Source: Lama guanicoe
Lineage: Eukaryota
DNA: 64,000 bases
NCBI GenBank assembly: GCA_013239625.1
Contig: MU056303.1
Coordinates: forward strand, 9,604,049-9,668,048
Direction of reading: 5' to 3'
This document shows, one piece after another, positions 38,090 through 49,749 of the stretch. Within the stretch, counting starts at the first letter, position 1, and each line of letters starts with the position of its first letter. A program made the position numbers and the translations under genes. The notes under the pieces are model-generated. The model had not been told where the DNA came from. It searched no databases and saw only the letters and a program-made list of their open reading frames with translations.

Positions 38090-39400
38090 CTAGATTATTA
38101 CTATTATAAATAATACTGCAAATATGTGGGCATTTCCTTAAGGTAAAATCCTAGTAGAATTTCTGGTTTAAATTGCATAAACATTTTTAAGGCTTTGATA
38201 TGCATTATGTATCAAAATGTACCTAGTTTCAATTTCTGTTCTTTGATTTCTAATGAGATGGAACACTCTTTTAATCATATATTTATTTCTTCTTTTGTGA
38301 ATTATTTGTTCATGATCTTCACTCATTTTCCAGTGGAATGATACTTTTTATATTAATTTATAATGGTTCTTTATATATTAAGAATATTAATCTTTGTCAT
38401 CTGTTATAAATAGTATTTCCTAGTTTGCTGCTTGACTTTTGTTTGTTGGCTTTTAATAATATTATGCTTGTGTATGGGCATTCAAAAATTTCGGATTTTT
38501 TTCTAAGAGTTCCCCAGTGTCTTTTTTTTTTAAACATTTTTTTTATTGAGTTATAGTCATTTTACAATGTTGTGTCAAATTCCAATGTAGAGCACAATTT
38601 TTCAGTTATACATGAACATACATATATTCATTGTCACATTTTTTTTTTGCTGTGAGCTACCGCAAGATCTTGTATATATTTCCCTGTGCTATACAGTATA
38701 ATCTTATTTATCTATTCTACATATGCCTGTCAGTATCTACAAATTAAAATTTTTGGATTTTTATCTCTTAAGAAACATCCACTTTTTTGTTTTTGATTTC
38801 TTTCTTTGCTTTTGATCTTAACAAGGCCTTTCCCTTCCCAATATTGTATAAATATTTTATATTATTTTCTCATTCTTTTATAGTTTTGTATTTCACTTTT
38901 AACTAATTGAATTGTCTGGAATTAATTTTTTTCTGAATAGTCAATTGTCCTGGCCTCTGTACTTCCCTCATTTAAATCCCAATTTTATCATGTATTAAAC
39001 ATTCACTCACACTTGGATTTATTCCTGGACTTTAAATTTTGTTTCACTGAGCTGATTTTTCTTGTAACAGAACCATGATGTTTTAATTATTGTAGCGTTA
39101 CAGGAAAAAGTAAATAGAACATGCTTTTATCCCCTCCACACCCCATTAACTTTCAAAACATTTCTTGACTATTCGGCTACACTGATCCTTCCAGATGAAG
39201 TTTAAACTTTTTTTAAACTTGCACTAGAAACTAAGTAATTTTTATCAAAATTACTTTATAGCTATAAATTCATTTAAAGATAATTGATATTTTAAACATA
39301 CTAGATTTTCCTAACTATACATATAAGTATCTCACCATTGATTCCATTTTTTAAAAATCAAGACTTCTTTAATATTACATTTTATCATTTACTCCATATA
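38090..39400 (-). mobile_element. Old L1ME-like fragment
   Basis: Degenerate antisense L1 ORF2/3'UTR motifs (ATTTCTTCTTTTGTGAATTATTTGTTCATG; TCCTTCCAGATGAAGTTTA). Confidence 0.6.
38522..38745 (-). mobile_element. Young lineage-specific L1 3' end (5'-truncated)
   Basis: polyT then TTTATTGAGTTATAGTCATTTTACAATGTTGTG...TTTCCCTGTGCTATACAGTA. Confidence 0.8.
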
Positions 39401-39881
39401 TGTCTATGAGTTAATACAGCTCTTACTTGTTTAGAAAGAGCTCCCTATTTTAAGTTGACTTAGATGTGATTTTTTTGTTTAAAAATTTTTAAAATTTATT
39501 TGTTTAAATTGTGGTAAAAATTTATACCAAAATTTACCATTTTAGCCATTTTTCAATGTACAGTTCTGTGGCATTAAGTACATTCACACTACTGTGCAGC
39601 CATCACCCTAGAACATTTTTTATCTTGCAAAACTGAGGCTCTACTCCCCATTCTACCCTCCCCTCAGTACCTGGCAACCATCATTCTGCTTTCTGTCTCA
39701 GTGAACTTAACTACNNNNNNNNNNNNNNNNNNNNNNNNNNNNNNNNNNNNNNNNNNNNNNNNNNNNNNNNNNNNNNNNNNNNNNNNNNNNNNNNNNNNNN
39801 NNNNNNNNNNNNNNNNNNNNNNNNNNNNNNNNNNNNNNNNNNNNNNNNNNCATTCTATCACATGCTAGGAAATTGATCGAT

Positions 39882-39921
39882 CGATCTATCTATCTATCTA
39901 TCTATCTATCTACTATCTATC
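39882..39921. repeat. (TCTA)n microsatellite at the ERV insertion site
   Basis: Tandem TCTA/ATCG units, continuing at 40926-40940. Confidence 0.85.
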
Positions 39922-40925
39922 TGTCGGTGCCAGCCGACAATCGATCAGGTCCAGAAAACCTGTGCTGCAGGACTGAGAAAAGGAAAGACGTAACAAAGAG
40001 ATAGCAAGACAAGACAAGTTGGGGTTGAGAGGGTCTCACTCTAGCCCGCAAGACGCTAGGTCAAGAGTGGACCACGAGTTTATTTCTTGCAGTTAATTTA
40101 TATGATTTTAACCCATTAGCTCATACATTCCTGCACGTAGGCAAAGGTATTGTTTTAAGGCACATTAACAACGTGTACTAAAATCATTAACTTGTATATA
40201 GTTACAGACATCATTATCATTTGTTGTTCCCAAAACTCGGATCAACTATTCCCCAAAACAGGATCGATAAAGCCAAAGTCATAAACTTAAGTATTGTTTC
40301 TCTAGGCTAACATTGTGACTATAAACTAGCATCGTGACTTGTATATATTTAACTCAGGTGATTGTTCTCTAAAAAGATCACTGACTTGTGTGCCGATTGT
40401 ATCTCTCCCTCTGAAGGTCTTTTGTGACTTAATAGCTCAGGATGTTTCCTCAGGCATTAGCGCACCTGGTGCATTCTTTAGTAAAAGGGGTGGCGGGACA
40501 GAGATTGCTCTAACTCAATTGACCTTTGAGCCGGGCGCCCCGCACTGTGGGAGTTTAGGCCCAACCTTTGTGCTCGGCAGCCTCAATCTCAGAGCCTGGC
40601 GCCCTGCACTTTGGGGTTTTATGCCCAAGTTTTGTGCTCAGCAGCCCTCCGTCACGAGCGGCTCCCCGCAACTCCCCCTTTTATTTTTATTAAACAAAGG
40701 CCTAGGTGCTATATGGCGGAGGACGATGAATACGAGTAAACGCAAGCAAACGTTGCGTCAAACATTCAGATAAGCAAGAGAGTATACAAGGGGCCATGCA
40801 AATCAGGATCAAAATTACTATGACAATCACCAGAGCATGTTTCCACCAGTCACTCTTAAACCAATCAAACCATTGTGCTGGTAAGAAAGGCGTTGGAGAA
40901 TCCATATTCTTAATTTGTTCCTGCA
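39922..40925 (-). mobile_element. Truncated betaretrovirus-like ERV: env 3' end + PPT + complete 3' LTR (LTR 39922-40670)
   Basis: PPT AAAAGGGGGAGT then TGCGGGGAG; TATAAA 40102-40097 close to AATAAA 40084-40079; ends CCGACA; flanked by TCTATC on both sides. Confidence 0.85.
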
Positions 40926-40926
40926 T
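40702..40926 (-). pseudogene. Retroviral Env TM C-terminal fragment (74 aa; membrane span and cytoplasmic tail ending PPPYST)
   Basis: Trp-rich WFDWFKSDWWK, hydrophobic ALVIVIVILILICMAPCIL, stop just before the PPT. Confidence 0.8.
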
Positions 40927-43900
40927 CTATCTATATCTATGTATATTTATCTTCAAGGTCCTGCTTTCAATTCTTTTGGGCATATACCCAGAAGTGGAGG
41001 TGTTGGACCAAATGCTAATTCTGTTCNNNNNNNNNNNNNNNNNNNNNNNNNNNNNNNNNNNNNNNNNNNNNNNNNNNNNNNNNNNNNNNNNNNNNNNNNN
41101 NNNNNNNNNNNNNNNNNNNNNNNNNNNNNNNNNNNNNNNNNNNNNNNNNNNNNNNNNNNNNNNNNNNNNNGAATCTCATTCCAGTTTTGATTTGCATTTC
41201 TCTAGTGAGCGAGTGAGGTTGGGTGTCTTTCAATGTGCTTATTGGTCATTTTCAAATCTTCTTTGGAGAAATGTCTACCCAAGTCCTTTACTCATTTTTG
41301 AATCAGGTTTTTGTTGTTGTTGAGCTTTAGGAGGTCTTCTGGATATTAATCCCTTATCAGATTTGTGATTTGCAAATATTTTCTCCCATTCTGTAAGTTG
41401 TCTTTTTATTCTGTTGATGGTGTCCTCTGATGTACAAAAGTTTTTTAGTTTCCAGAAAGTCCAATTTGTCTATTTTTTCTTTAGTTTCCTGTGTCTTTGG
41501 TGTCACATCTAGGAAATCATTGCCAAATCCAATGTCATGACGTATTACCCTTATGGTTTCTTCTCAGAGTTTTGTATGTTTGGAGCTTACATTTTAGTCT
41601 TTNNNNNNNNNNNNNNNNNNNNNNNNNNNNNNNNNNNNNNNNNNNNNNNNNNNNNNNNNNNNNNNNNNNNNNNNNNNNNNNNNNNNNNNNNNNNNNNNNN
41701 NNNNNNNNNNNNNNNNNNNNNNNNNNNNNNNNNNNNNNNNNNNNNNNNNNNNNNNNNNNNNNNNNNNNNNNNNNNNNNNNNNNNNNNNNNNNNNNNNNNN
41801 NNNNNNNNNNNTCTATCTTTACACCAGTACACACTTTTTTGATTACTGCAGCTTTGGAGTAAATTTTAAAATCAGAAAGTCTGAATCTTCCAACTTTAAC
41901 TTTTTAAAGATTATTTTGGCTACCTGGGGTCCCTTAATGTTCTATTTGAATTTTAGGGTAGATTTTCCTATTTTTGCAAAAATCATCATTGGAATTTTGA
42001 TGCAGATTGCATTGAAACTATAAATTGCTTTGGTTAGTGTTGGCATCTTAGCAATATTAAGTCTTCCAATCCATAAACAAGGGATATCTTTCCATTAAGA
42101 TATGTGTTTAACACTAAGAATGGACATTGGAAGTTATCAGATGTTCTTTTGGAATTGATATCATTTTTAAAGGATAGATACATTAATAGATTTATTAATA
42201 TTCAATCACCCCTACATTCTTGGGATAAAGCCAACTTAGTCATGGCCAACTATTCTTCTGTCTTGTTGGACTTAACTTGCTAGGATATTTAGGATTCTTG
42301 CTTTTCTACTCATAAGAAAGATTGGTAATTATTCTCTTTTGTATTTTCTTAGGTTTTGCTACCACACTTGTGTTAGTTTTGTAAAAATGTTTTGGGAAGC
42401 TTTCTGTATATTTCTCTAATAGTGAACATTTTTCTTTTTGGCATGGGAAGTACCTGCATCCATTAAGTTTTTATAGCATGTATGAATTTTACACAAGTTC
42501 ACAGATACAGATATGCAACTATCTTCATTTCTCCATAACAGATACTTAGTTAAAGACAACCCATTTCAGCTGTTGGAGAAAACCTACAAATTTTAGCTAC
42601 TTTTATGTGGTGATGTGAATTCCAGGAGGCATACTCATCTTTCTGGTATGAGATGAATTATCTGGTTCTGATGCCACCCTCTGTCTTTGGTTCCTGTTGC
42701 CATGCACAGGTATCTGCTACAGATCAGCCCAGGCCAGTTTTAGCATCTGGTTGGCAATGGCCCCATGAACACTGCACATCCTCGTCCTTATGACAGGACT
42801 CTCCAGGTTTGCTGACCTGCTCACTCACTACTTCTGTGTGCCACTAGGGGCTTGACTGCTTTCCCTGAACTGCTCAGGGTGTATGGAGTAAGTGAGACTT
42901 CCATTCACCCAAAAGACTCACACAACAATTTAACTTTACCACCCTTGTTTCATGTCCTCCAAGACTTGCTGGGCCAAGGAAAGCCAGCCAAAGGGCCTCT
43001 CTGCTCTGGGACACCTTTTAAATTATACAGGGTTTCTCTTACCCTGCCTCTCAGTTTCAACCAGGAGAGAGCCAGTGTGCTGAGCACTCTTCAGAGACTC
43101 TGTCTGATGTTTACCAATATCACCTTCAAATTTCTGTCCTTCTTTCCAGCTGGTTGCTCTCATTCTTTTTGGGGTGAGAAAACTGTCCTTTTGTGATCAT
43201 AAACTCCATGTCCTCAGTGGTTTCATCTGTGGCCATTGATTTGTAAAGTTAAGTTTTCTTGACTACAAAACAAAATAAAAGTAACATCTTTTTCAATGCT
43301 TTGGCTCTTGAAAAGCAAAGGTACTTGGCATTCAGGCTCTGTCTCTCCAATAAGGTAAAACCTGCTTTGAAACTCAAAGTGGAGCATCTCTTTTCTTTTC
43401 CCACCCTCCCTGCCCTGTCCATACAGCGGTGAGCCAAGGATGGATGATGAACTCCTGAGCTAGGAAAAGAAACCAGGTGTTACTTTTAATGAAAAAAAAA
43501 TGCATCAATTAATGTTAGATAAAATATCCTGAAATTCTAGAAATCATTTTCTCTTAAAATCACCTGGATCTTGTACGTGTCCAGAAGGTAATTCTTTGAT
43601 AACATGTTCAGTTTTCCCATTGTTAGTTCTCTTTCTGGTTCTTATTTTTTATTTTTTGTGAATTTAAATATCTTGTATATTCTAAAAAGCTATCAGTTTT
43701 ATCAGTGTTTTCAAATTGATTAGCATGGTGTTATGTTACTCATAATTAAAAAAAATACCTTTGTATCTATACCTTTCCTTACATTACTGGTCATTTCTCT
43801 CTTTGACCTGCATCTGTCAGGGTTTAGCTGCAGGAAATAAAGTCCTTCTAACTAGGGTAAGCAGAAAGGAAATGATGTCAGTGTGATAAATAGCATACAG

Positions 43901-45439
43901 AACTGTTGGAAAGGCTGAAGAAACAGACTGAAGTTTGAACTCCCAAAGATAACTTCCAAAGACACACACGGAACTTAGGGAGTCCCTACTATGTACCCCC
44001 CTTGCCCCCATCCCCCGTTTTAGCACTTTGTAAAGAATCATCTCAATGATGCCTCACAAAACCCCATGAGGTAGAACAAAAACAGACAATTGAGTTCATG
44101 GTTTCCAAAGTAACAAATAGGCCAAAAGGTAGGGGACCGGGATCTGACATTGTTTTCTGGGTGCGAGGTAACCACGGGTCAAAGCAGAGCTGGAATGGGC
44201 CAGTAGCTCTTGGTGGTCCCAAGAGTTCAGGGTCAGCCAGTAGCTAATAACAAGAACTAGAATTCTGGACTGAATATGATCCTGGGACTGAATTATTTTC
44301 CTCCTAGGAGAATCCGTAATTTGATTCTGCTCTAGAAAAATAAAAAATGGTCCCAGGACATTGTTTGGTGAAGCTGTACCTGGAGTTTGAGATGGAGGGA
44401 GAATTTGCTACAGCAGGATACAAATAGTGTGGAGACCAGGGAAGCATGTGTTGGTGGTCCTGATACCTCCCCTAAGGGACTCAAGAAGGGTGAACAATGG
44501 ATTCCCAAACCTAGAAACCTGGCAGGTTCCTAATTATCTTTTTATGGAAAACTGGGCACTGCTAGTCCGGCTTGGACCCTGAGGCTGACCGAGCCACACA
44601 TGTGTTTACCATCCCCACCAGCTGTCAGTGTAGCCACGAGTTTTGTGGGATGTTGGCCTCCCTGACAGAAGCCCATTCAGAAATGTATCCATAGCCCCAG
44701 AGCATTTGTGTATTTCAAACCTATTGTCTCTTTTTTGTCTTTTTTTTTTAATTGAAATATAGTCAGTTTACAATGTTGTGGCAATTTCTGGTGTACAGCA
44801 TAGTATTTCAGGAATTGGGAACTTGAGATCTGCAGATATAAACCTGTTGCCTCTTGAGTGACAGATTTCAAAGTGTAGAGTCCAGCTTCCCTGCTTTGAT
44901 TTTTCAAATGAGCTTCTTCAAGTTGCAAGCTCTCCTTACTCAACCCCGTGCCTCAGTTTACCAGCATTTTAAGGAAACAAACTAGTTCATGGTTACCCTA
45001 TCATACCCTCCCCTCCCACGTATCCAGAATGCAGAAGACTCACTTCCTTAGGCTATCTTCATATTTAAAGTTGTTTCCAGGTCCGTCTCATATTTTATAT
45101 ATTTTTGTTTATAGCTACGGTTTTTCTAGGCCTTTGGAGTAGCCTCAGGGATACTCCATCCTTTGGTGAGGGGCAGACACCCACACAGCACCCCAGAGGG
45201 GAACAGTCTGGCTCTATTGCGCCTGTGGGCAGTGGACAAAAGGAAAGAACAATGGGTGTACTTTCTCAGCTGAACAACCCAGTAGGATTTGTGCTGACCA
45301 TCAGAAGTCATCAAACTTATGAAGCCAATGCAAGGTGAGTTGAAAAAACAACCCACAGCAAAACTTAAGCAGAAACAGGAGGTTTGCATAATCTCCAAGT
45401 ATTGCCTCACTTTATTTATTTAGTAAGTATTTAGTAATT

Positions 45440-46325
45440 ACAGAGAGAAAAAAGAGTGAGTCTACAGAAGAGAATCCTGACCAAGTCCACCTTAACCAAG
45501 TGATCAAGGTCAATGTCATTGGTCATAGATGAACATCAGACACCCCTGATCTGATGCACTGAAGCACAGGTCACCTCTGCGGTATTCTTCCCAATAATGT
45601 GTGAGCTCAGTCTAACAATGAGAAAGCTTTCTTCAAAGTTTCTGGCCAGTAGGCCTCAAAACAGTCAAAATCTGGAAAGACAAGGAAAGACTGAGTGTCT
45701 TAGTCCTTTCAGGCTGCAATCAGAGAATACCAGACTTGGTGGCTTACAAACAACAGACTTTTATTCCTCGCAGTTCTGGAGTCGGGGAAGTCTAAGATCA
45801 TGTTGCAGCAGATTGGGTGTCTGGTGAGAGTCATTGCCTGGTTCACAATCAGTGTCTTCTCACTGTGTCTTCATGTCGTAGAAGGGGCGAGGGAGCTCTC
45901 TGAGGCCTCTTTTATAAGGGCACTAATCTCATTCATGAAGGGTCTGTCCTCATGACTTAATCACCTCCCAAAGGGCCCCCGTCTAAATTGCATAGGGATT
46001 CAGTTTCAATATATGAATTTTGGAGGGAGACAAATATTCAGTCCATTGCACTTGAGGACCTGTAACAGAAGCACTGAGGTGACATGACCACTGAATACAA
46101 CATGGGATCCTGGAACAGAAAAAGACTGTTCATGTACAAATTCAGGAAATCCAAAATACATTCTATTATTTAATAGTATAGTACTAAGGCTAGTTCCTAG
46201 TTTTGATAAGTGTTCTATGGCCATGCAAGACGTTAGTTAACAATAGGTGAACCTGGGTATGACGTAGACAGAATATTCTCTGATCTATCTTTGTAACTTC
46301 TCTGTGAGTATGAAATTAACTTAAA
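45440..46325 (+). mobile_element. L1MC-like 3' end
   Basis: CACCTTAACCAAGTGATCAAGGTCAA; GGATCCTGGAACAGAAAAAGAC; TTTGTAACTTCTCTGTGAGT. Confidence 0.75.
45695..46050 (-). mobile_element. MLT1A-like MaLR LTR inserted in L1MC
   Basis: TGTCTTAGTCC...GGCTTACAAACAACAG...ATTCAGTCCATTGCA. Confidence 0.85.
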
Positions 46326-47417
46326 AAACCCCTACGTATTCACAGGGGTAGGTTAAGGGACTGACCAAAGGTGAGCACCGGCAGATCCCAGAGCCCTACC
46401 TTGTGTTGGTCTCCATTTGGTAGTGCACCTGCAATGGTGGTTACGATCTGACTCCTTCACAGGACCTGGAGGGAAGCTCCAGGAGGTGGTATCCCTCCAT
46501 ATCCTCAGTACCTGGCACAGAAGGGCACACAGAGTTTGTTGAATGAATAAATGAATGAATGGGATCCTGGTTTCTATATTGGAAGCAGAAATAGCCTCCA
46601 CTACAAAAATTTTAAGAGAAACTGCAATTGCTCATGTGGTGGGTCAGCCTGCTGTCCTGAGGATCCTGAGCATGGGGGTGAAACACAAATGGTTTTGAGT
46701 GAATCTCCAGGCTGTGCTGTCTCTCTGGGCTTCTTGGATAGTTTGAGCTGCTAGTGTTCATCTGAAAGACACCGGAGAGGAAGCTGGTGCACAACTCCTG
46801 AGAAATTTGTACTCCTAGTCTCTTCCTATAGGTCCCCCTCCTTTCTGCTGGCTTATTGGTTTTTTCTTTTTTCTGACTTGATTTATGGGAGTGCTTTATG
46901 AATTCTGGATGTGGAGCCTTTATTGCCTGTATGCAATGCAATATTTTATATCTGGAGTCTCTTGATGAAAAAAAATTTTTGTCTTAAACGTAGTCCAATC
47001 TATTGATCTCTATCATACAATTTGTCTTTTCTGTCATATTTCCTTCCCTACCTTAAGTGATAAAGATGCTCTCCTATATTTTCTTTTGAATGTTTTAATT
47101 TTTCTATTTTAACATTTAATTTTTTTATCTATCTGAAATTTGTTCTGTGCAAAATATGGTGTCATAATCTAATTTTATTTTTACATACGGAAATTCAGTT
47201 GTCCCAGCAGCCTTTATTGGATAGTCTATTCTTTCTCCATTGATTTTAAATATCACTTCTGTCATGTAAGGAAGTTTGAATAAGCAAATAAGATGACTGA
47301 GCATCTGCAGTGGAAAACTGCTTTAAGCACACTCTTCTAGGTTTTCTGAGATTCTATCCCTTTTATGACAAGCCATTTTAAAACTCACAAGTTGTAGATA
47401 ATTTAAAACAATGCTGA

Positions 47418-48215
47418 GTCTACAAACAATAAATGCTAGAAAGGGTGTGGAGAAAAAGGAACCCTCCTACACTGTTGGTGGGAATGTAAATTGGTGCAGA
47501 CACTATGGAGGTTCCTTAAAAACTAAAAACAGACTTACCATATGATCCACTCCTGGGAATATATCCGGAGAAAACTATATTCAAAAAGACACATACACCC
47601 CAATGTTCATAGCAGCACTAATTTTTTAACATTTATTTTATTGAGTTATAGTCAGTTTACAATGGTGTTTTTTTTTACTTTTTTTTATATAGCAGCACTA
47701 TTTACAATAGTCAAGACATGGAAACAACTCAAATGTTTCATCGACTGTTTCATCCACAAATCACTGGATAAAGAAGATGTGATATATATGTGCGATGGAA
47801 TATTACTCAGCCATAAAAATAGTAAAATAATGCCATTTGCAGCAACATGGATAGACCTAGAGATTGTCATTCTAAGCGAAGTAAGCCAGAAGGAAAAAGA
47901 AAAATGCCATATGACATCACTCATATGTGGAATCTAAAAAACAAAAGGACACAAATGAACTTATCTACAAAACAGAAACAGACTAACAGACATAGACAAC
48001 AAACTTAGAGTTACCAGGATTAAAGGGGGTGGGAAGGGATAAACTGGGAATTCGAAAATTGTACCTTTTGGGGAGTGATGGAAATGTTAGCTATCTTGAT
48101 GATGGTAGTGGTTTCATTGGTGTATACATCTATCAAAATTCATCAAATTGTACATTTGAAATATGTGTAGTTTACTGTACAGGAACCATACCACAATAAA
48201 GGTGTTAAAAATTTT
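47418..48215 (+). mobile_element. L1 ORF2 end and 3'UTR
   Basis: GGAACCCTCCTACACTGTTGGTGGGAATGTAAATTGG; ATGCCATTTGCAGCAACATGGATAGACCTAGAG; AATAAA ~48195. Confidence 0.9.
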
Positions 48216-48235
48216 TTTTAATGCCAAATAACTTT

Positions 48236-48381
48236 TTAAACTTTTTTTATACTGATTTTTTGTTGGGAGCAGTAATTAGGTTAATTAATTAATTATTTTT
48301 AGTGGAGGTATGGGGGATTGAACCCAGGATCCTGTGCATGCTAAACATACACTCTGCCACTGAGCTATACCCGTCTCCCTC
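48236..48381 (-). mobile_element. Camelid-type tRNA-derived SINE
   Basis: GGGGATTGAACCCAGG...CACTGAGCTATACCC; imperfect TSD AATGC..AATAA. Confidence 0.85.
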
Positions 48382-49749
48382 CAATGCTGAATAATTCTTG
48401 TCTATAGACGTGTAAATAAATTCTGTGTGGTGGAGGTTCACTTGACTTCCCTTGCCCACTGCATGTTCATTTCAATATTCCTGTTTTATCCATGTGCTCA
48501 TTCTTTGGATTGCCCTTTGAACTAGTTATAAGGTCTTAAACATTTTAACATGTGTTTACTTTATATCTGCATAGGAGTGATGATTTTACCTGTTTTGAAA
48601 ATTACCCTCTAGCAGTCATCTATCAAGGACATACAGCTTTAAGCAAGCCCAAAGGGAAATGATTATTTGGTAGCATTTACTTACTTTTACAAGCTCTTCC
48701 CATGTAAGCAGTTACAGTAGGATCCAATTCATAAGTGTTTAGGCCCTTTCTTTAGGAACACAGCCTTAAGTCCAAAGGCATGCTTTTTGCTTGTAACAGT
48801 ACTCTGGGTGGCCAGGGGAAAAGAAATCAAACAGAATACATATTCTGATATGTATCATCAGTATTACAAGGAAACATTCCAACATTGTAATGATGGTAGA
48901 ATCAACAACAAACATCAGGAATGAAGGTGCCTGACTCAACAGGGCAAAAGACAGGAACTTTCCAGAAGCTGCCACCCATCCGTTCGTTCTTCAACCAATA
49001 TTCACCTAGTGCCTGCAAGTACAGCGCTCAGTGCTAAATAAATAGTCTTTTTGGTCTGGTTGAAATTCCAAAGGTGAAACTCACCCCATAGGCCCTACAA
49101 AGATGCAACAGGATGAGATAAGATGAAGTGATAGCATGTGAGAGCTGTGACTCTGATCTGAGCAGATCGAAAAGCAAGCTGTAGTACTGCCTCCCATCCT
49201 AGCCTGGGGGAGAGGGAGGGCTTCCAGCTCCCCCGACTGCCGGCAGGGACACATTGTCCCACCTAGTAGAGCGGGGCTGGTATTCCTCCTGCCACCCTGT
49301 GCTCTTGAGGCCATCATCCATGAGGGCTCCAGTGGATGTGGCTGACTGGCTGTCCTGCAGAGAAGACCCTCCTTCCAGGGCCCCCTGGGGGAAGCCTTGG
49401 TGTCATCTGTTTATAGGCTAAGGCCTGCAGGCTCTACCAATTTAGGTGACAATCTGGTGACCAAAGACAGTCTCATTACCAAGTGGCGTTTAGCTGGGGA
49501 GCCCAAGACCCTCCAAAGGGGATTCTCCCAGGACCCCTGCTAATACAAAGACATAGTAGCTGCTCTCATGTAATGTGCAGCCTACTTAAGACAGGAGTGT
49601 GCGCACGTGAAAGTCAAACCATGGTTAAGTCCACTTAAATGTTGTAGGTGCGGAGGAGCACTCGAGGGAAGCTTGAAGAAGGGAATGGGCATGAGGAGGG
49701 CACCGGAGAGGTCAGATTTGGAAACAGGGTAAACGGGGGCAGAGGGCAT

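Larger units (their letters stand above)
39480..42420 (-). mobile_element. L1M (L1MB-like) ORF2/3'UTR, interrupted by an ERV fragment
   Basis: AAAATTTACCATTTTAGCCATTTTT...GGCATTAAGTACATTCACA; GATTGCATTGAAACTATAAATTGCTTTGG. Confidence 0.85.

Noticed and set aside
47542-47937. 131-aa ORF with KIMPFAATWIDLE
   Set aside because: Decayed L1 ORF2 C-terminus interrupted by an insertion
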